This document shows positions 1-7,714 of a stretch of 40,137 bases of DNA, piece by piece (position 1 is the stretch's first letter; each line of letters starts with the position of its first letter). Origin of the DNA: a virus (Duplodnaviria; Caudoviricetes); the IMG/VR virus record IMGVR_UViG_3300043580_000071, positions 1 through 40,137 of that record; one strand, 5' to 3'. A program made the position numbers and the translations under genes. The notes below the pieces were generated by a model. The model had not been told where the DNA came from and did no database searches. It saw only the letters and a program-made list of their open reading frames with translations.

Positions 1-61
1 CCACAAGCGGTAGCGGTTGCCAAATCGCCATGACGAGCGGACTATGACAATCCAAAGAAAA

Positions 62-87
62 CGGCCCTCGCGGGGGAGCGAGGGCCG
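62..87. promoter_or_regulatory. GC-rich hairpin upstream of primase gene
   Basis: Perfect 10-bp stem CGGCCCTCGC / GCGAGGGCCG with 6-nt loop, preceded by an A-run (T-run on the - strand). Confidence 0.45.
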
Positions 88-133
88 GAACTGCACCATC
101 CATTATCCTGCCGGGACAAAGAAAGGTTGCACT

Positions 134-2416
134 ATGCCAACGTATACAGACGTTCAGAAGTTCCTCCAAGCGGTTTTTGGGGCCGACTACGGCACCCACG
201 CCATCCTCGCCAATCTCAACCCCGCCGTTCATGTCCGGTCGGTCGATCAGTTGGACCCTTCACGGGACTGCTACTGGTCGATCGCGGCGTATGCGCCGGG
301 CTATACTGGCACGAACACGGAGGCTGCGGCCTTGGAGGTTCGGGCCCTCGTCATCGACGACGTCGGCACCAAGGTCCCCGAGGGGGCGGTAGAGCTGGCG
401 CTGGGAAAACCAACAAGGGTCACACTCACGTCGGCAGGGAATTATCAGTGGGCCTATCGGTTGACGAAGCCGGTCGCGGTCAGTGACTGGGCGGGCTTCT
501 TTGGGGGTGTCGAAGCCCTGATCGCCCATCCGCTGGAGGCCCGGGCCGCGCAGACGCTCATGAGGTTGCCGATGGGGAAGAACACCAAACCCCAAAACAA
601 CGGGTTTCAGGTGCAGGCGGTGGAGGTCGAACCGGGCCCGCCGCTGGACCCGGATACGATCCCCCGGGTGAAAGGTACGAGTTCAGCGAAGGTCGGCGGC
701 AGCGGAGGCTGGGCCCGGGATATCGAAGGGCTCGGGAAGTTGATCCCCAATAACGACGACCACTATGACTTGTGGGAAGCCAACGGCGAGCGGTTCAAGG
801 CGGCGGGGATCGACAAGGATCGGGCCTTCCGGGCCTTCGAGGATTATTCGGCACGGTCTTCGAAATACGACCCGGACGACGCGCTGCGCCGCTGGAACAG
901 TTTCAAAGCCAGCAAGACAAGCGGCAAGGAACTACTGACGATTGCCGCAGCGGCAGACCCGGACGGGTTCGCGGCGTGGCAGGCGGCGGAGAGCCGGGAA
1001 GCGTTCCCGGCGGCGGCGGAGGATGACCCGGACCTGACGGCAGCGATGGCGGCTCAGGCGGCGGGGGGCGTGGACTTCTTCGTCGATCAGGAACGGTCGT
1101 CGATGGCCGTGGTGGCGCACCTTGCGGGGACATTGAAGTGCGTGGGGCGGGACGACTGGAGGGAGTTCGATCCGGTCACGGGGCGCTGGAGGGAGTGGAC
1201 CGGCAACCACATGTTCCGCCGCGTTCTGGAGATGGTGCACGCGCGCAAGAAGCGGGCGATGGACCCGGAAGTCTCGAAGAAACTAGGCTCGGTGAAGTTC
1301 ATCGAGGGGATCGCCCGGGCGGCAGGGCTCCACGCCTCTATCATCGGCAAGACGACCGACTTCGATCGCGGGGCGCTTCTGCTGGGAGTGCCGTCGGGGG
1401 TGATTGACCTGTCTCGGGGGGCCTCGCGGGCAGTGAGGCCCGGGCGGGCCCTAGAGATGGTGTCAAAGGCGATGTGGGTTGATCCGGCACCGCCGGGGAC
1501 AGCTCATCCCGAGTGGTCGCGGTTTCTTTCTGAATTTACGCAAGGCGACGCGGCTTTGGAGGAGTGGCTGCAAGTGCGGGCTGGCTACTGTCTCACAGGC
1601 CTGATGGATGAATACATCATGCCGTTTTATCACGGGTCGGGGGGCAACGGCAAAAGCGTGTATTTGAATGCGCTGCGGTCGGTGTGGGGCGAGTATGGGG
1701 CCCAGATGGAGCATCGGCTACTATTCGAGAAAAGCGGCGGGTATCACTTGGCTCCCTTGGCGGTTCTGGCGGGGATACGGCTGGCAATCGTGACTGATGT
1801 GCCGCAGGGGGCTTCGTGGGACGTGCACATCATGAAGATGCTGACGGGCGACGACGCGATAACCGCCAATCGGATGCATCAGAACCCGATCACGTTCAAA
1901 TCGACGGCAAAGGTTGACGTGTCCGGGAACGGCGAGCCGACGGTTCGGGACATGGACGAGGGGATAAGGCGGCGGTTGAAGCTGATCCCGCTGACAGCTC
2001 AACCCAAGAACATCGACAAGGCCCTGAGCAGGAAACTGGCGGCTGAGTGGGGGGCGATTTTGTCGTGGGCCCTGACGGGGCTCGATATGTACTGGGCGCT
2101 GGGAGGGCTACCCGCTTCAAAGATGGTGGACGACGCGACACGCGAGTACCACGCGCTACTGGACCCTTTCCAGAGATGGCTGGACGAGTGCGTCGTGAAG
2201 GACCCTTCGAAGGGTGCCAAGGTATCCGCGCCGACACTGCTCCAGTCTTGGGATGCGTTCAAAGGGGGCGAGGGGCGACACGGTATGGCTCCAGCCAGCG
2301 TCCGCGCGTTGATCCGCAAGATGGAAGACCACAAGTATATTTTCAGTACGCTTGACGGGTACAAGCAGCTTCGGGGCTACAAACTGGCTAAAACCGACGC
2401 AACTGCGGTATTCTGA
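134..2416 (+). CDS. Primase-helicase (RepB'-type primase, PriCT-2, D5/P4-type SF3 helicase)
   Basis: ALVIDDVGTK and TSAGNYQWAY primase motifs; PriCT-2-like YDLW...FEDYSARSSKY...RWNSF; Walker A GSGGNGKS; GNGEP..DEGIRRRL. Start chosen at ATG 134 (AAAGG RBS) rather than TTG 17. Confidence 0.9.
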   Translation: MPTYTDVQKFLQAVFGADYGTHAILANLNPAVHVRSVDQLDPSRDCYWSIAAYAPGYTGTNTEAAALEVRALVIDDVGTKVPEGAVELALGKPTRVTLTSAGNYQWAYRLTKPVAVSDWAGFFGGVEALIAHPLEARAAQTLMRLPMGKNTKPQNNGFQVQAVEVEPGPPLDPDTIPRVKGTSSAKVGGSGGWARDIEGLGKLIPNNDDHYDLWEANGERFKAAGIDKDRAFRAFEDYSARSSKYDPDDALRRWNSFKASKTSGKELLTIAAAADPDGFAAWQAAESREAFPAAAEDDPDLTAAMAAQAAGGVDFFVDQERSSMAVVAHLAGTLKCVGRDDWREFDPVTGRWREWTGNHMFRRVLEMVHARKKRAMDPEVSKKLGSVKFIEGIARAAGLHASIIGKTTDFDRGALLLGVPSGVIDLSRGASRAVRPGRALEMVSKAMWVDPAPPGTAHPEWSRFLSEFTQGDAALEEWLQVRAGYCLTGLMDEYIMPFYHGSGGNGKSVYLNALRSVWGEYGAQMEHRLLFEKSGGYHLAPLAVLAGIRLAIVTDVPQGASWDVHIMKMLTGDDAITANRMHQNPITFKSTAKVDVSGNGEPTVRDMDEGIRRRLKLIPLTAQPKNIDKALSRKLAAEWGAILSWALTGLDMYWALGGLPASKMVDDATREYHALLDPFQRWLDECVVKDPSKGAKVSAPTLLQSWDAFKGGEGRHGMAPASVRALIRKMEDHKYIFSTLDGYKQLRGYKLAKTDATAVF

Positions 2417-2425
2417 TATAGAAAG

Positions 2426-2546
2426 AAGTGACGAAAGTGGGATAAGTGGCGTTTTCCGGTATTCTGTCTATCATGCGCGGGATTGCGCGTTATATTTGTA
2501 TAGGGGAGAATACCCAAATCCGTCACTTACACCACTCACGTCACTT
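2426..2546. other. Putative replication origin: inverted iteron arms
   Basis: AAGTG at 2426/2435/2444 and CACTT/C at 2524/2533/2542 (9-bp spacing in both arms); inner GGTATTCT/AGAATACC inverted pair; AT-rich centre; immediately downstream of the primase. Confidence 0.6.
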
Positions 2547-2584
2547 ATTTGGTGTTATTTTACCTGCTGTAGGAGCCTGCCGGG

Positions 2585-2866
2585 ATGGACAAGAAAACTG
2601 AAATCGAGATCGCGGGTCTGTACGCGTCCAAACTGTTCTCCACCAAGGATATCGGAAGACGTTACGACGTGCCGCATCAACGGGTCACTGCCGTAGGCTG
2701 GCGGGTGGAGCAGGAAGGGCGGCGCGCTCGTATTGAGGCCTTCCGGGACGAGCACGGGGTCGAGGGGCGTGTCCCGAAGCATCTGCTCAAGGAGTTTCAC
2801 TTGGCTTATGCGACTGCCGAAGAGCGTGGCCGCCTAGTCGCGGAAAGCCCCGGGGGTAGTTCCTGA
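2585..2866 (+). CDS. Small HTH-like DNA-binding protein
   Basis: AGGAG RBS; STKDIGRRYDVPHQRVTAV has a helix-turn-helix pattern. Confidence 0.6.
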   Translation: MDKKTEIEIAGLYASKLFSTKDIGRRYDVPHQRVTAVGWRVEQEGRRARIEAFRDEHGVEGRVPKHLLKEFHLAYATAEERGRLVAESPGGSS

Positions 2867-2912
2867 ATTTCTTGACAGGGCTTTATAGGAATTTCTTGAC
2901 AGGGCTTTATAG
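2865..2912. repeat. Perfect tandem duplication of 24 bp
   Basis: GAATTTCTTGACAGGGCTTTATAG at 2865-2888 and 2889-2912. Confidence 0.95.
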
Positions 2913-2926
2913 GGATCGCGCTCACA

Positions 2927-3082
2927 CGCGCCTGCGCGCCTGCGCGCCTGCGCGCCTGCGCGCCTGCGCGCGTGCGCCTGCGCGCGTGCGCCTGCGCGTG
3001 TGCGCGCGTGCGCGCGTGCGCCTGCGCGCGTGCGCGCCTGCGCGTGTGCGCCTGCGCGCCTGCGGCCCGGGCCCCGCGCGCG
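2927..3082. repeat. Adenine-free (+ strand) TGCGC(GC)[C/G] minisatellite
   Basis: No A on the + strand between A2926 and A3083; about 20 units of 6 or 8 bp; mostly alternating purine/pyrimidine. Confidence 0.95.
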
Positions 3083-3219
3083 ACGGTATCTAAGGACCAT
3101 AGGGCCCGGAAGGCCCTAGGGAAGGCAGGGGTGAGTTTTGGGCCCCTTGGGCCACCACCCTAGGGGGGCCCATAAATAAACCCCTCCCGGGCCTTCCCTG
3201 TGGCCCCTAGGGCCAAGCA

Positions 3220-3251
3220 AAAGGCCCCGAACCTTTCGGTTCGGGGCCTTT
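3220..3251 (-). terminator. Intrinsic terminator downstream of vWA gene
   Basis: 14-bp stem AAAGGCCCCGAACC/GGTTCGGGGCCTTT, GAAA loop on the - strand, ending in TTTT on the - strand. Confidence 0.75.
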
Positions 3252-3275
3252 GAGGCTTTCGGGGCTTTGAGGGGC

Positions 3276-5126
3276 TTACAGGGCCTGCAAAACCTTGACG
3301 AAGTGGTCAACGCCTACTTGAGCCAAGGGAACACCATGCGGCACCATAACCTCTGCACGAAAAGCCCCTGTCAAAGGCGTGCCGATTGAAACGTGCGCCA
3401 TGACGACGCCTAGGGCCTGCTCAAGATAGCTCGCCATACGCTTCACAGTATGCGGCCCATAATCGCAGCCGCCGTCCGTCACCACGAAAAGCACGCGCCG
3501 CTTGTGCGGGGCGCGCTTCGCCTGATTGACTGCGGCCCTCGCCATATGCGCGCTCAAAGGCGTTCCGCCCCCTGCCTGATTTTGCAAAGCCCCGAACTCC
3601 GCAGGATTAGGCGTTCGCCGTGACGCCAGCGTTCCCGCGCGCTGGTAGCCCCGCGAATTAAATATTTCAGTTGTGCAGGCAGCCCCGACGCTTCCGGCTG
3701 CCTGCGCAATCACCAAACCAGCCTCAAGCGCGCTGATCATGTTCGCCCCTGCCATTGAACCGGAAGCGTCTAACAGGATGCAAATATCAGTGTCAAAGCC
3801 TTCGCTAACCTCGCGCCGCGCAAATACGTTCGGCGCACCTGCCATTGCGCGGGACAAAGCCCCTAGGTCCAATCGGCCTGCCTTGCGTCCGCCTTCGCGC
3901 GTGTCGGTTTCGTTAGCCCTCAAAGCCCTCGCGAGCAAAGCGCGCTGGCGCGATGCTTTGGCAGCCGCTTCTTTCAGGCGAACGCCATTGGCCCCCATGC
4001 GCTTCGCCGCTTCGCTTGTCTGTTCCGGCTGCGACCGGATCACGCTATCGCGCAAAATATCAATTACGCTTTTTTCAGCGTTCGCCGACAGGCCCCGCGC
4101 CATTGCGTCGGCTTCCGGAGCTAGGTCGCGTTCTATCAGATCGTCGTCGGTGCAGGGGGCTTCGTCGTCGTTGTCGCCGACTTCGTCGTCTGTGGAACCG
4201 TCGCCGTGCCCGGTTCCGCCTTTTCCAGCGTTGCTGCTGCCTTCGTTCCCCTTGGAAGGCCCTTCCGGCTTGTTTTCAGCCCCTTGGGGGCGTTCTTCGC
4301 CTTCGCCTGCGGTATCCCCCTCGCCTTCGCCTTCGCCTTCCTGTGCGCCTTCGCCTTCGCCTTCGCCTTCGCCTTCGCTTTCGCCTTCGCCTTCGCCTTC
4401 GCCTTCGCCTTCGCCTTCGCCTTCGCCTTCGCCTTCGCCTTCGCCTTCGTTAGTCGGTTCCTGTGCAGGGGCTGCCAAGGCAGCCGCAATGCGTTCGGCA
4501 AGCGCAACGCAATCAGCCGTTGACGTGCAAGCGTCCAGATCAGGAAGGGCCCAAGTCAGGATAGCCTCTACGGTTGATCCCGGTTTGATTTGGCCCCTGA
4601 TCCAGCCGATATCGGAAGCGTCAATATTGTAACCGTTTGCCGCGCGGCCCAAAACGCAGATCGTCCAGCCGAACTCCTTCCGCGCGTTCGGTTTCCAGCC
4701 GTTCGCCTTGGCTTCCGCCATTTTGCGGCTAACCAGCCGGGACAATACCGCCTTGGCATTGGGGACAATGTTCGACGCAATGAGGGCCTTTTCCATCCGA
4801 ACATCTTCCAAGGCGTTGACCATGCGGGACAAGCCCTTTTGACAGGCCGCAAGCCAATCCGATTTGCTGGTATGCGTCGGGTGTCCCAATTCGTGCAGTA
4901 GATAAGCCGTCCAATCTTCAAACTCGGTTTGTGTCATGATCGACGCCGCAGGCCGAACCGGCATATTGACGCGAACGCCGTAAACGTCCCAAGTGACGCT
5001 CGCCGTTGTGGCGTAAACGTCACAAACCAGCCGCACAGGCGCGTTTTCACGCGGGCGAAGCATCTTAATATAGTCGTTAGCGATACTCTCAAGCGCAGAA
5101 AGTGCTTCCGGGTAAGTATATGGCAT
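3276..5126 (-). CDS. CobT-like vWA-domain protein (partner of MoxR-type AAA+)
   Basis: N-terminal LLHELGH (HExxH) and NALEDVRME; acidic (GE)n linker; MIDAS LLDASGSM, GGTP, VVTDG. Confidence 0.88.
   Translation of the reverse strand: MPYTYPEALSALESIANDYIKMLRPRENAPVRLVCDVYATTASVTWDVYGVRVNMPVRPAASIMTQTEFEDWTAYLLHELGHPTHTSKSDWLAACQKGLSRMVNALEDVRMEKALIASNIVPNAKAVLSRLVSRKMAEAKANGWKPNARKEFGWTICVLGRAANGYNIDASDIGWIRGQIKPGSTVEAILTWALPDLDACTSTADCVALAERIAAALAAPAQEPTNEGEGEGEGEGEGEGEGEGEGEGESEGEGEGEGEGAQEGEGEGEGDTAGEGEERPQGAENKPEGPSKGNEGSSNAGKGGTGHGDGSTDDEVGDNDDEAPCTDDDLIERDLAPEADAMARGLSANAEKSVIDILRDSVIRSQPEQTSEAAKRMGANGVRLKEAAAKASRQRALLARALRANETDTREGGRKAGRLDLGALSRAMAGAPNVFARREVSEGFDTDICILLDASGSMAGANMISALEAGLVIAQAAGSVGAACTTEIFNSRGYQRAGTLASRRTPNPAEFGALQNQAGGGTPLSAHMARAAVNQAKRAPHKRRVLFVVTDGGCDYGPHTVKRMASYLEQALGVVMAHVSIGTPLTGAFRAEVMVPHGVPLAQVGVDHFVKVLQAL
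4320..4449 (-). repeat. (GAAGGC)n coding microsatellite encoding (Glu-Gly)n linker
   Basis: About 20 nearly perfect TCGCCT hexamers on the + strand. Confidence 0.9.
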
Positions 5127-5151
5127 TGTTTGCCTTTCTAGGGTTTCAACG

Positions 5152-5177
5152 AAAAACAGGCCCCTTTCGGGGCCTGT
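5152..5177 (-). terminator. Terminator-like hairpin between AAA+ and vWA genes
   Basis: Stem ACAGGCCCC/GGGGCCTGT, GAAA loop and T-run on the - strand. Confidence 0.6.
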
Positions 5178-5212
5178 CTTATCGCATGGCAGGGGTTACT
5201 TGTAAACCCCTT

Positions 5213-6706
5213 TCAATACTGTTCGTCGCCGAACGCCTTCGCCGCAGGGCTATTCGAAGGCGTTGCCGGAACCGGCTTGTTATGGATCAAAGCCTCAAAG
5301 TTTTGGTTCCAAGCCAAGTCGGCCAGTGCTTCGATTGCCGCTTTTTCAGTCGCTGGCATGCGGCTGGAAATGGTAACGATAAAAGCCTCTTTCGAGCTAA
5401 AACCGTCCTGCACCGCCTGCACAAAGCCAACCATTTGACGCAATGAGACAACCACGCCTTGCAAGGCAGGCAGCCGCCGCGCTTGTGCGACAAAATCGGC
5501 TAGGTGCTTCGCCGCAGGCAGGGGGCATGCGGTATGATTGGCGAGGGCTTCCGCTTCCTTTTGCGCGCTCAAGTAATCCACAACGATCATTCGCTTGAAA
5601 CGCGTCACTAGGGCCGCATTGGAAATATTGGTGCCAGCATACAAACCGCCTTCGTCGCCGCTTCCAGTTGTATTGTCGGCGACGCAGAAAACTACACCAT
5701 CGGCTGCCTTAACCACTTCGCCGGTTGGAAGCGTCAACGATCTGTGATCGTCGGCGACAAGCTGGACGATCGCCTGCACGCCTGCGGGGGCGAACGTCAA
5801 TTCATCAATCAAGATGATTGTGCCCGGGCTTCGCATAGCTTTGACCAAAGAACCATCCTCCCAAATGGTCGCGCCATTGCGCAGGCCCGGGCCCCCTACA
5901 AGGCTTTCAATCTCGGTTTGGCGCGTCATACCGATTTTGACGAAGGGCCTTCCAAGGGCTGCGGCTGCCTGTTCTGGCATGGTTGATTTGCCGGTTCCCG
6001 CAGGCCCTGCCAACCATACGTTAGTTCCCCTTTCGAACGCCGTCATAAGCAACGCCATTTGACTATGGTCTGTCACATAGAAGGGGTCTGCCGCAGGCGA
6101 AGGCGTGCCGGTCCAGAGCGTCAGGGGCGCGTCACGCCATTGATCCTTGGCACGCGAGGGATAGAGCGTTCGGAAAGTAGCCCGCTTGTCGCGCCGCGCC
6201 TTGGGGCTTGCCGGAAGGCGCGGGGCTTCGCCGGGGGCTACTTCCACAATTCGTTCTACTTCCACAATGCGCTCTACTTCGACAGGCCCCTTATTCGCGG
6301 CTGCAATTACAGGCCCCAAAGCCTTCGCCAATTCGTTGCGCACAAGCGGGGCCAATAGTTGGTCAACGCTCGCCAGAACGTCATTTAATGCGAAGCCTTC
6401 ACCGTTTGTCGCAATCGCCCCCTGCGGGGGCTGCGTTGCCGCTTCGTCGTCGGCCATATCGCTATCTTCCATCATGGTTTCAGGCGCGTCGGCCTGTGCG
6501 CCGACAGGCGAAAGCATCAATAGGGCTTCGATCTTCGCCGTGATATCTTTATAGCGAAGCGCGAACTCGATTAGATCAGCGTTGCGTGCGCTGGCACTAA
6601 TCAGGCCCTTTTCAATCAGGAAGGCAGGCCAATCGCCATGACCCTTGACGATAGAGCGAACGGCACCGCGCGCGACAGTCGGAATTTGGGTATTGAGAGT
6701 AAGCAT
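5213..6706 (-). CDS. MoxR/CobS/CbbQ-family AAA+ ATPase with N-terminal extension
   Basis: Walker A GPAGTGKS, Walker B ILIDE, ADNTTGSGDEGGLYAGT..NAALVTRF, SLRQ sensor motif. Confidence 0.9.
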   Translation of the reverse strand: MLTLNTQIPTVARGAVRSIVKGHGDWPAFLIEKGLISASARNADLIEFALRYKDITAKIEALLMLSPVGAQADAPETMMEDSDMADDEAATQPPQGAIATNGEGFALNDVLASVDQLLAPLVRNELAKALGPVIAAANKGPVEVERIVEVERIVEVAPGEAPRLPASPKARRDKRATFRTLYPSRAKDQWRDAPLTLWTGTPSPAADPFYVTDHSQMALLMTAFERGTNVWLAGPAGTGKSTMPEQAAAALGRPFVKIGMTRQTEIESLVGGPGLRNGATIWEDGSLVKAMRSPGTIILIDELTFAPAGVQAIVQLVADDHRSLTLPTGEVVKAADGVVFCVADNTTGSGDEGGLYAGTNISNAALVTRFKRMIVVDYLSAQKEAEALANHTACPLPAAKHLADFVAQARRLPALQGVVVSLRQMVGFVQAVQDGFSSKEAFIVTISSRMPATEKAAIEALADLAWNQNFEALIHNKPVPATPSNSPAAKAFGDEQY

Positions 6707-6820
6707 GGTTCGGGTATCCTTTGGGGCATAGGGTTATCGGGCCTTCTTAATGAGGGCCTCAAAGCCTTTTGAGCATATTCGGGGGCCCTTGGTCAACCCC
6801 TATAATTTTTCGAGGCTAGG

Positions 6821-7714
6821 ATGACAGCATTAATTCCTAAAAGAGGTTCGACCAAATCAGGACGTAACATCGCCGTGGTTTATGGTGTCGAACTGCGTGA
6901 CGCGAGGGAAGAAGTTTTCGTCATGCTTGTCTGTGACGGTTTGCCTATGGGGATTGCGTTCAGGAAGGCAGGCTTTGAAAGTAAGGCGCACGACGCGCCT
7001 TCTAACCTTTTCAATCTTCCGCGCGTTCAGGAGCGCGCTAAGGCCATTTTAGAAGCAAGGCGAACGCAAGGCGCTGTGACGCTTCCTGAAGTGACTGACA
7101 TGCTCAAGAGAGTATTCGCAGGGGCCCATGCGGCTGAAGAGTACAGCGCAGCCCACAACGCCGCCTTTTCCCTAGCTCGCCTGTATGGCCACGTCACTGA
7201 CAGGGCTACGCTTGAGGTAATTCGCAGGCCCTCGCGTGATCCTGACGCGCCTTCAGAGCAGGCTCTTTCGAGTTGGGTGGAAGCCCTGCCTGCGCTTCCG
7301 GGCCCGGGCCCGGGCCCTATGGATCAGGCCTCATTCCTACGCGTCGCCGACGCGCCCGCGCCCCTATTAGGGCCCGAGCCCTCGCAGGCAAACGCCCAAA
7401 ACCCTAGCAATTCCAAGGCCTTAGACGCGATCGAGCCCTCGGGCCTTGCAGGGCTCGGGCCCTCAGGGCCCGAATTCTCCAATGAAATCAATTGGTTAGG
7501 GCTCGATGGTAAGGGGGTGGGGGGCCGACCCGAAAACGGGGCCCCATCAGGGCCGGTAACTGGGACCCCTAACCAACGCGCGCAATCCGAGCTGTTAGCC
7601 GCCGGGGGCCCGGGGTACACCCCCACAAAGAAAACGGGGTTGATTGACGATGAGGGTACCGGGCCACTACGGGGCCCTGACGAATGGCCTAGCGCGGAGG
7701 AGCTTTTCGGGTGA
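6821..7714 (+). CDS. terS: Putative terminase small subunit with long disordered C-terminus
   Basis: Overlaps terL start; N-terminal AFRKAGF...NLFNLPRVQERAKAI and SAAHNAAFSLARLYG are TerS-like. Confidence 0.65.
   Translation: MTALIPKRGSTKSGRNIAVVYGVELRDAREEVFVMLVCDGLPMGIAFRKAGFESKAHDAPSNLFNLPRVQERAKAILEARRTQGAVTLPEVTDMLKRVFAGAHAAEEYSAAHNAAFSLARLYGHVTDRATLEVIRRPSRDPDAPSEQALSSWVEALPALPGPGPGPMDQASFLRVADAPAPLLGPEPSQANAQNPSNSKALDAIEPSGLAGLGPSGPEFSNEINWLGLDGKGVGGRPENGAPSGPVTGTPNQRAQSELLAAGGPGYTPTKKTGLIDDEGTGPLRGPDEWPSAEELFG

Noticed and set aside
2865-3082. CRISPR array
   Set aside because: Repeats are directly tandem with no unique spacers, and there is no cas operon (the Cas4-like gene is a standard phage exonuclease).
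2834-3163. ORFs across the A-free repeat (poly-RA/CA peptides)
   Set aside because: Open only because the repeat cannot form stop codons; no RBS; low-information translation.
3673-4632. + strand ORFs with (SP)n, (RL)n, (AF)n
   Set aside because: Shadow frames of the (GAAGGC)n repeat in the vWA gene.
3276-6706. Cobalamin biosynthesis (true cobS/cobT)
   Set aside because: No cobN or other cob genes; motifs support only general MoxR/vWA family membership, so no symbols were assigned.
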